Both the position numbers and the translations under genes were made by a program. Below are positions 57,720 through 64,000 of a DNA stretch of 64,000 bases, one piece after another (within the stretch, counting starts at the first letter, position 1; each line of letters begins with the position of its first letter). Below the pieces are notes generated by a model. It ran no database searches, was not told where the DNA came from, and saw only the letters and a list, made by a program, of their open reading frames with translations. The stretch comes from Candidatus Bathyarchaeia archaeon (lineage in GTDB: Archaea > Thermoproteota > Bathyarchaeia > Bathyarchaeales > Bathycorpusculaceae): NCBI GenBank assembly GCA_049514075.1, contig JBEKVK010000001.1:55297-119296 (forward strand), written 5' to 3'.

Positions 57720-58163
57720 ATGAAGCAAATTCTTATTTTATATTATAGCCGAACAGGCAACACAGAAAGAATGGCCAAAGCGGTAGCGGAAGGCGCAAAG
57801 ATCAGCGACGACATTAAGGTTGAAGTGAATTATCATGTCGAACCGGAAGACCTGGACGCCTATGAGGCGATACTTGTAGGAACACCAACTTATCATCATG
57901 AGATGGCAGTTGAATTCAAGAACCTCTTTGAGGAAGCAGCCACAAAAGGCATAAATCTAAAAGGTAAGGTCGGAGCAGCATTCGGATCCTACGGATGGAC
58001 CGGAGAAGCACCAAAACTAGTCCTGGAAATAATGAAGTTCAAGTTCGAGATGCAAGTCACTGAACCGCCGCTGCTCGCAAGGTACTCACCAGACCAAAAA
58101 ACGCTCACCGACTGCAGAAACCTCGGAAAAAGAGTTTCCGAAAACTTGATGAGCAAGGCTTAA
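57720..58163 (+). CDS. flavodoxin-like protein
   Basis: SRTGNT, GTPTY and FGSYGW motifs. Confidence 0.88.
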   Translation: MKQILILYYSRTGNTERMAKAVAEGAKISDDIKVEVNYHVEPEDLDAYEAILVGTPTYHHEMAVEFKNLFEEAATKGINLKGKVGAAFGSYGWTGEAPKLVLEIMKFKFEMQVTEPPLLARYSPDQKTLTDCRNLGKRVSENLMSKA

Positions 58164-58186
58164 CATAAGCAGATAGGAGAATTTTT

Positions 58187-58672
58187 ATGGATAAACCAAA
58201 AGACAATCTCCTTGAATTCTTGAAAAACCAGATCAAGGTTGAAAAGGATATAGTGGCTTCCTTGGAGAAACCATTGATGAGCATGAAGAACCCGGCCGTC
58301 AAAGGTGTTCTAAAAGGAGTCTCTCTTGACTCTATAAAGCACGCTGAACTCTACATGTCCGCAGTTACACTTCTCACAGCAGCGTCCACTGCTTTAACGC
58401 AGGATAACTTGGATGAGCAGCGAAAACTTGTTGAGAAGCACATTGAAATCGAGTCGGAACTCATCAAGAAGCTGGAAATAATGATCCCAACCATAGACAA
58501 CAACAAAGTAGTTTTTCTTTTGAACTCTATCTTGGCTGACGAACGCAGGCATCATGAGATGCTCAAGATGGTCTTGGAAATCATTGTTCACGGAGAAACC
58601 ATAACAGAAGATGACTGGTGGAAACTACTCTGGGAAAACGCGCCGTTCCACGGAGCACCTGGCGGAGGATAA
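58187..58672 (+). CDS. ferritin-like (rubrerythrin-type) protein
   Basis: DSIKH and DERRHH diiron-type motifs. Confidence 0.75.
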   Translation: MDKPKDNLLEFLKNQIKVEKDIVASLEKPLMSMKNPAVKGVLKGVSLDSIKHAELYMSAVTLLTAASTALTQDNLDEQRKLVEKHIEIESELIKKLEIMIPTIDNNKVVFLLNSILADERRHHEMLKMVLEIIVHGETITEDDWWKLLWENAPFHGAPGGG

Positions 58673-58698
58673 AAAAGAAAAAATTTTTGGACTTACAC

Positions 58699-59646
58699 CT
58701 AAGAATTGGTGTTTTCCTGCATTACTTGTGCGGAAGAGGTCCATGTGTCTTCGACGATAAGCTGAAGCTCCTGAAGCACCGAAGCCAACATTTCACCTTT
58801 GCAAGTCAACCCATAAGCTTTGGGGGTTCTTCTTATGAAGATGAGTTTTTTGCCTTTCAGCCCTCTCAGATACTTGTAGATTCGCCTCATAGAAAGCTCA
58901 GTTTCCTTCGCAAGTTTCCCAGCTGAAATCCCTTCATCCGGGATTCTACCGTAAACTTTACGTTCGGTATCTGTGAAGGTTTCCTTGCACGGGTCCCTTT
59001 TTGATTTGAAAAAGAAGATGTAGTCCCTTTCTTCAGGGGTTTCTATCAAGCCAACCGAGCGTAAACGCTTAAGGATGCGTGACGCAATTTTCGGCGAAAT
59101 CAAGGCTTCAATATCTTCAAACGTTTTAGGCCCCGACAATAGTGATTGCAGGAGTATTTCCTCGTAGCATTCTGAATGGGCGGGCAGCATTTCAGCGAAT
59201 TCTGGAAAAGCTTCAAGCAGTTCGGTTAGTCGACCGCCGAAGGTGGTTGCGTAGTATTCATCTCGTGCTTCTGTGGCGAGCCCCACCGCCATCAGCGGCT
59301 GTAGGTACTCTTCGTTTATGGTATCTTGGCTGTGGGTGTGTCCGGTTTTCTTGAGCTCCTGCTGCAATTGGCTGACTGAGTATCTACCGTTTACGATTGC
59401 TTGAAGAATGTGGAGTCTTGTCTCGTTTTTTAGGACATTGAATAGTTCTTTTAGGTAGTTCGGGTTGTCCATAGTTTCACGGAGTTTTCTCAGTTCGTTT
59501 TTGAGTTTGTAGACTTGGCATCGGTTTATGCATTCTAGAGCGCTTATGGGAGCGCAGTTTCTGCATTCTGCGTCAAGTGTCTTTAGCATCCCAGACATGT
59601 CGTTGGCGTTCACTGTTTTTCTGGTTTGAGTTAAAACGTTTCCCAT
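58699..59646 (-). CDS. Cys-rich N-terminus + tandem winged-helix regulator
   Basis: CRNC...C...C, then three wHTH-like units. Confidence 0.68.
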   Translation of the reverse strand: MGNVLTQTRKTVNANDMSGMLKTLDAECRNCAPISALECINRCQVYKLKNELRKLRETMDNPNYLKELFNVLKNETRLHILQAIVNGRYSVSQLQQELKKTGHTHSQDTINEEYLQPLMAVGLATEARDEYYATTFGGRLTELLEAFPEFAEMLPAHSECYEEILLQSLLSGPKTFEDIEALISPKIASRILKRLRSVGLIETPEERDYIFFFKSKRDPCKETFTDTERKVYGRIPDEGISAGKLAKETELSMRRIYKYLRGLKGKKLIFIRRTPKAYGLTCKGEMLASVLQELQLIVEDTWTSSAQVMQENTNS

Positions 59647-59748
59647 TGTTTTTGGCTCCTACTAGAGCAAGCCGCCGCGTGGCATGATAAGTGTAAAGAT
59701 TGAGAGATTGGAGGTGAAAACTGATTCTTTGCGATTTGATAGGCCACC

Positions 59749-59781
59749 ATGACACGCGTCATATAGTATGACAGGCGTCAT
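59749..59781. promoter_or_regulatory. two ATGAC-N4-GTCAT palindromes (putative operator) next to a TTTAAATA box
   Basis: 59749-59762 and 59768-59781, between divergent regulator genes. Confidence 0.7.
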
Positions 59782-59814
59782 GTTTAAATAAGTTTTCCCC
59801 AAAAGTAACCCTAA

Positions 59815-60204
59815 TTGGTGCCGAACTTGATACTTCCGTGCGAGGTAGGGGTAAAAACTGTTTTGCCATCAGTAAAAGCTATCATGGCTAGAGAAATCGT
59901 TACAAACCGAGGGTTAAATGAACAGCAAACGGCAGAACTGTTGGGGCTATCACAAAGCGCAGTCAGCAGATACATAAACAAAGAAAGAGGAAACAAACTA
60001 CTTAATTTAGAAAACTCGACGGAAATTTTGGCGCTAATAAACCAAATGGTCGCCACTCTGATAAAAGAGCCCAACAACAAAACCCAAGTCCTCGAGCTCT
60101 TCTGTCAAACTTGCCAAGCCGTTAGAAAAAAAGGTCTAATGTGCCCCATTTGCCAAAAAGAAATGCCAACATCTTGGGCAGACAATTGTTTGTTTTGCCG
60201 CTAA
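59815..60204 (+). CDS. XRE-type HTH transcriptional regulator with C-terminal Cys residues
   Basis: PCE...LP, TAELLGLSQSAVSRY...RG, CxxC..CxxC..CxxC. Confidence 0.8.
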   Translation: MVPNLILPCEVGVKTVLPSVKAIMAREIVTNRGLNEQQTAELLGLSQSAVSRYINKERGNKLLNLENSTEILALINQMVATLIKEPNNKTQVLELFCQTCQAVRKKGLMCPICQKEMPTSWADNCLFCR

Positions 60205-60261
60205 AGAGACCGCTAACATATTTATTAAAAACGAAACACCCCTTGATTTTGAGGGACTTGG

Positions 60262-61200
60262 ATGTCCTACGACGAAAACGCCATTTTGGACACAATTGCA
60301 TTGGTAAGCAAAACGGTAGTTAACATAAGCACATTAAAACTTGTGCACAACATTTTCTACCAGGCAGTTCCGGTTGGCGGAACAGGGTCAGGAACCATAA
60401 TAGATTCGAGCGGACTGATTTTAACGAACAATCACGTGGTCGGCGGCGCTCAAAAAATCAACGTTACCCTAGGAACCAACGAAGTGCTTGAAGGCAGAAT
60501 AGTTGGGTCATGTGCCATACATGACATAGCCGTCGTTAAGGTTGATGGACAAGGGAGGAATCTTCAGGCGGCAGAGCTCGGCGACTCAGATAAAATACGG
60601 GTTGGTCAGAGAGTCTACGCGATCGGCAACCCCTTCGGATTGGCTGGCGGTCCAAGCGTAACTTCAGGCGTAATCAGCGCTATCAACAGGACGATAGAGT
60701 CCGAAAGCGGGTTGTTAGAGAACCTTGTTCAAACCGATGCGTCCATTAACCCTGGAAATAGTGGCGGCCCACTCGTCGAAGTAACAGGAAAAGTGATAGC
60801 GATAAACGCTGCGATAATACCGTTTGCTCAAGGCATAGGTTTTGCAATCCCAGTGAACTCCGCAAAAACATGCAGCGATGATATTTTAGAAGGCGGCTCC
60901 GCCAAAAGGCCATGGCTTGGAATAGTCGGCTTAACTTTAACAAGACAAATCGCACGTTACTACAGACTGCCTGTAGACCACGGAGTCTTAGTGACCAGGG
61001 TTGCAGAGGGCAGTCCTGCAGAATCCGCTGGAATCGTAGAAGGAGACATAATCCTGGAGATAAGCGACGCTGAGACACGCGGGATTGAGGATTTGGTTAA
61101 TGAGATTCGCGAGAAGAAGGTTGGAGATGTCGTCAGAATCCTTGCCGCTCGTAGAGGAAGGCAGCACTTCTTTGAGTTAACGTTAATGGAGGCACCTTAG
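60262..61200 (+). CDS. HtrA/DegP-like trypsin serine protease with a PDZ domain
   Basis: TNNHVV, DIAV, NPGNSGGPL and GSPA PDZ motifs. Confidence 0.93.
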   Translation: MSYDENAILDTIALVSKTVVNISTLKLVHNIFYQAVPVGGTGSGTIIDSSGLILTNNHVVGGAQKINVTLGTNEVLEGRIVGSCAIHDIAVVKVDGQGRNLQAAELGDSDKIRVGQRVYAIGNPFGLAGGPSVTSGVISAINRTIESESGLLENLVQTDASINPGNSGGPLVEVTGKVIAINAAIIPFAQGIGFAIPVNSAKTCSDDILEGGSAKRPWLGIVGLTLTRQIARYYRLPVDHGVLVTRVAEGSPAESAGIVEGDIILEISDAETRGIEDLVNEIREKKVGDVVRILAARRGRQHFFELTLMEAP

Positions 61201-61227
61201 CGCAACTTTAGTAATGGAGATACAGAT

Positions 61228-61656
61228 ATGGATCAAAACGGCATTAAAGAAATCCTAGACAAATACAAGGGCATCGCAGTTGTCGGCTTATCCAAAGAGC
61301 CAGAGAAGGATAGCCACAGAGTCGGCGCCTACCTAAAGCAGCGTGGCTACCGCATCATCCCAGTCAACCCCTTCGCAGACAAGGTTCTGGACGAAAAAAG
61401 CTACCCTAGCCTGCTTGACATCCCGCCTGAAATCCAGAAAACCATCGAAATAGTCGACGTCTTCAGACCAGCAAAAGATGTACCGCTGATAATGGAGCAA
61501 GCTATCAAACTGAAGCAGAAGAACGGAAAACCCTACGTTGTTTGGATGCAGGTTGGAATAGTAAACGAAGAAGCCGCAGAAGCGGGTAGGCGCGCGGGTT
61601 TAATTGTTGTTATGGATAAATGTTTGATGGTTGAACACCGTCGCTTAGGTTCTTAA
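61228..61656 (+). CDS. CoA-binding protein
   Basis: AVVGLS, IIPVNP, VDVFR, WMQ.G and DKC motifs. Confidence 0.9.
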   Translation: MDQNGIKEILDKYKGIAVVGLSKEPEKDSHRVGAYLKQRGYRIIPVNPFADKVLDEKSYPSLLDIPPEIQKTIEIVDVFRPAKDVPLIMEQAIKLKQKNGKPYVVWMQVGIVNEEAAEAGRRAGLIVVMDKCLMVEHRRLGS

Positions 61657-61699
61657 GAAAAGCATGTGCAACTTTACAAAACAAGTTAAAATCTCCCGC

Positions 61700-62179
61700 C
61701 TACATGATTTTTTCCAGAGCTCTCTGAATTTCCTGATAGTTAGGCTCAACTGCCGGATCGTCTGAAACCCAAACGTACATGACTGTGCCGTTCATGTCTA
61801 AGATGAATATTGAACGTTTCGCAACCGTGTACCCTTTGAGCCCAGCAAAATCAGATAGTTCTAACCCGTATTTTCTGACGACGTCACGGTTGTAATCGCT
61901 CAGCACTGGGAAGGGCAACCTGTTTTTCTCCACGAAGGCTTTGTTGCTAAAAGGATCGTTGACGCTTACGCCTACAACTTGCGCTTCTAAGTCGGTAAGC
62001 CGAGACATCGAATCGCGGAACTCACACATCTCTTTCGTACAGGTTGCAGTGAATGCTCCCACGAAAAAAGCCAACACCACTTTTTGTCCCAAGAATTCCT
62101 TGAGGCTCCTCAGCTTCTTGTCAGTGTCAGGAAGAGTAAAATCTGGTGCCTTATCGCCAACTTTGACTTTTGTTTCCAT
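61700..62179 (-). CDS. peroxiredoxin (BCP/AhpE-like)
   Basis: [18 protein letters not shown] and LSD motifs. Confidence 0.88.
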   Translation of the reverse strand: METKVKVGDKAPDFTLPDTDKKLRSLKEFLGQKVVLAFFVGAFTATCTKEMCEFRDSMSRLTDLEAQVVGVSVNDPFSNKAFVEKNRLPFPVLSDYNRDVVRKYGLELSDFAGLKGYTVAKRSIFILDMNGTVMYVWVSDDPAVEPNYQEIQRALEKIM

Positions 62180-62235
62180 GAAATTCAGGTCCTAAATTCT
62201 ATGAAATGTGAAGGCGTATAAATGGATGCCGTTTT

Positions 62236-62895
62236 CTAACCAAATTCAAAAGCGCACGGACAAATCTTGTTTAGAACACATATGTCACATTTGGGTCTTC
62301 TTGCAATGCAAACTTGCCGCCCATGGAAAATCAGCAGATCGGTAAGTTTCATCCATTTCTCCATCGGCGTGATTTTCATCAGGTCCTGCTCTATCTTGGT
62401 TGCGTCCTCATTTTCTGTTAAACCGAGTCGTTGTGAAATCCGGTGGACGTGCGTGTCAACTGCTATGCCTGCGATTATGCCGTAAGAGTTGTTTAATACG
62501 ATGTTGGCTGTTTTTCTTGCTACGCCCGGCAGTTCCACGAGCTCCTCCATAGTCTTTGGCACCTGTGAATCAAATTTTTCTACGAGCATTTGGCAGCATT
62601 TCTGCAGGTTTCTGGCTTTGTTATGGTAAAAACCTGTTGAACGTATGTCTTGCTCAAGCTCTTTTAAATTGGCATTAGCGTAATCCTCGGGGGTTCGATA
62701 CTTCTTGAATAGCTTTTGGGTTACAATGTTGACACGTGCATCGGTTGTCTGTGCGGAAAGCATTGTTGCCACAAGCATCTCCAGTGGGTTAGAGTAGGTG
62801 AGAGCAGTTTTTGCATCCGGGTACTTTTTTTCCAGGAACTCTATGACTTTTGCAACGCGGGCTCTGGGTTCAAGGTAAATTTCGGGGTTTTTCAT
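62236..62895 (-). CDS. nth: endonuclease III
   Basis: LSAQTTD, LPGVARKTA, VDTH and C-X6-C-X2-C-X5-C motifs. Confidence 0.95.
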   Translation of the reverse strand: MKNPEIYLEPRARVAKVIEFLEKKYPDAKTALTYSNPLEMLVATMLSAQTTDARVNIVTQKLFKKYRTPEDYANANLKELEQDIRSTGFYHNKARNLQKCCQMLVEKFDSQVPKTMEELVELPGVARKTANIVLNNSYGIIAGIAVDTHVHRISQRLGLTENEDATKIEQDLMKITPMEKWMKLTDLLIFHGRQVCIARRPKCDICVLNKICPCAFEFG

Positions 62896-63085
62896 TTTTT
62901 GTGCCTCTCATAAGTGCTGGTGTGTGAACATTAAGAAATAAAGCGTGGCGACAATAAAAGATTTTTGACCTGCTTGGACTTAATGTTTTAACATTTGTTT
63001 AGTAATAGTTACTTATTCTCTAAATTTGACAAGTCACAATCTGTTATAACAGCGCAATGTTTATATAATTTCTAATAATCTGAAA

Positions 63086-63673
63086 ATGCGTATCGGCCTA
63101 TCTAAAGTGGAAACCATGGTGAACCCAACAAGAGTAACAGTAGCCTTCGACAAAACAACAGCTGATCTGCTCGAAAAAATAAGCAAAGACGCAGAAGTCT
63201 CCCAGAGCGAAGTCATGCGTCGAGCCCTAAAATTCTACAACGACAACATGGTTCTCGAAGATCCTGCAGTCAAGAAAAAAATCCACGGCTACATGGACAT
63301 GCTACTTGGCGGCGAACACATAATCCTCGACGTAGACCACTGGCTCATGTTCCTAAGCCTTATTGCCACATCGCCCCAGAAAGAAAAGTTCTGGAGCGAA
63401 CATAAAGAAGTAGCCCGCGCCCATTGGGAACAGCTTAAAACGAAGGTTCGTTCACCCGAAGAAATGTTGACGCGACTTGAGGTCTGCAACTTTTACCGCC
63501 TCACGAAGAACGCCCCGAACGACTACACGCTAGTCTTGGTATCCGAGATGTCGAAGGATTTTATTAGAGTGTTCCTTGAAGAATACTTCTCAGCCATGGG
63601 CGTCAAAGCAGAGATAAAAGAAAACCTCACCAAACTTAGAGTAACCATCAAACCGTCCACGCCAAGAATCTGA
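63086..63673 (+). CDS. CopG/RHH family regulator
   Basis: RVTVAFD...SQSEVMRRAL; GEHIILD.DHW. Confidence 0.8.
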   Translation: MRIGLSKVETMVNPTRVTVAFDKTTADLLEKISKDAEVSQSEVMRRALKFYNDNMVLEDPAVKKKIHGYMDMLLGGEHIILDVDHWLMFLSLIATSPQKEKFWSEHKEVARAHWEQLKTKVRSPEEMLTRLEVCNFYRLTKNAPNDYTLVLVSEMSKDFIRVFLEEYFSAMGVKAEIKENLTKLRVTIKPSTPRI

Positions 63674-63737
63674 TAACTGTCTTCGGCAAAAGCCTTTTAC
63701 CTCAAATTTGATAAGCAGTACTGCAGGTGAATTTGAG

Positions 63738-63887
63738 TTGAGTTTAAAACTAAAAGTTGACGAAAAGGAAATCCCCTTAAACGAGTTTGTGGAAAAAATC
63801 TTAAGTGGAACCATAACTGGGGCGGTAACTTCTTTGCGTGGAATAAAGGATGATTGGGAAAAAATCGAAATAGAAATCAAGAAATAA
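63738..63887 (+). CDS. 49-aa hypothetical protein (resembles the MobB C-terminal domain)
   Basis: AGGTGA RBS; SLKLKVDEKEIPLNEFVEKIL...SLRG; too short for the ORF track. Confidence 0.65.
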   Translation: MSLKLKVDEKEIPLNEFVEKILSGTITGAVTSLRGIKDDWEKIEIEIKK

Positions 63888-63889
63888 GT

Positions 63890-64000
63890 TTAGCCTTTGA
63901 ACTCCACTGAACTCTCTATTTCCGCGAATAATTCCTTTTTCGCCTTGCAGATAGGGCAGACATAAGGCGGGTCTTCTCTGAAAACCACGTAACCGCATTG
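63890..64000 (-). CDS. 3' end of a protein with a C-terminal rubredoxin-like domain (partial)
   Basis: QCGY...PPYVCPICKA..*, truncated by the window edge. Confidence 0.7.
   Translation of the reverse strand, partial: QCGYVVFREDPPYVCPICKAKKELFAEIESSVEFKG

Overview
Archaeal chromosomal window, most likely from Bathyarchaeia (TACK). This is inferred from gene content: F420-dependent Mtd, an Elf1-like protein, an AbrB-PhoU regulator, DUF5752 proteins and the integrase type. Housekeeping content includes asd-lysA-dapF-dapL, two different methylene-H4MPT dehydrogenases, archease/RtcB, EndoQ, TldD/E, an alpha-glucan/glycogen cluster, pgk/gap, tRNA-Gly(TCC), tRNA-Arg(CCG) and a KGG/Em stress cluster. 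The main discovery is a 10,025-bp integrated element (about 25084-35126). It carries an IS91-like HUH rolling-circle Rep, a catalytically degenerate second tyrosine recombinase and repeat-bounded nuclease cargo. It inserted into the last codons of a host GT4 glycosyltransferase gene rather than a tRNA. The element supplies a synonymous replacement for the host C-terminus (GEYSNSFWA*). The same DNA, read in another frame, lies inside the element's own integrase gene, which integration splits into intN (start at 25135) and intC (34135-35124) and excision would rejoin in frame. All calls come from motif recognition and manual reading; no database searches were run.
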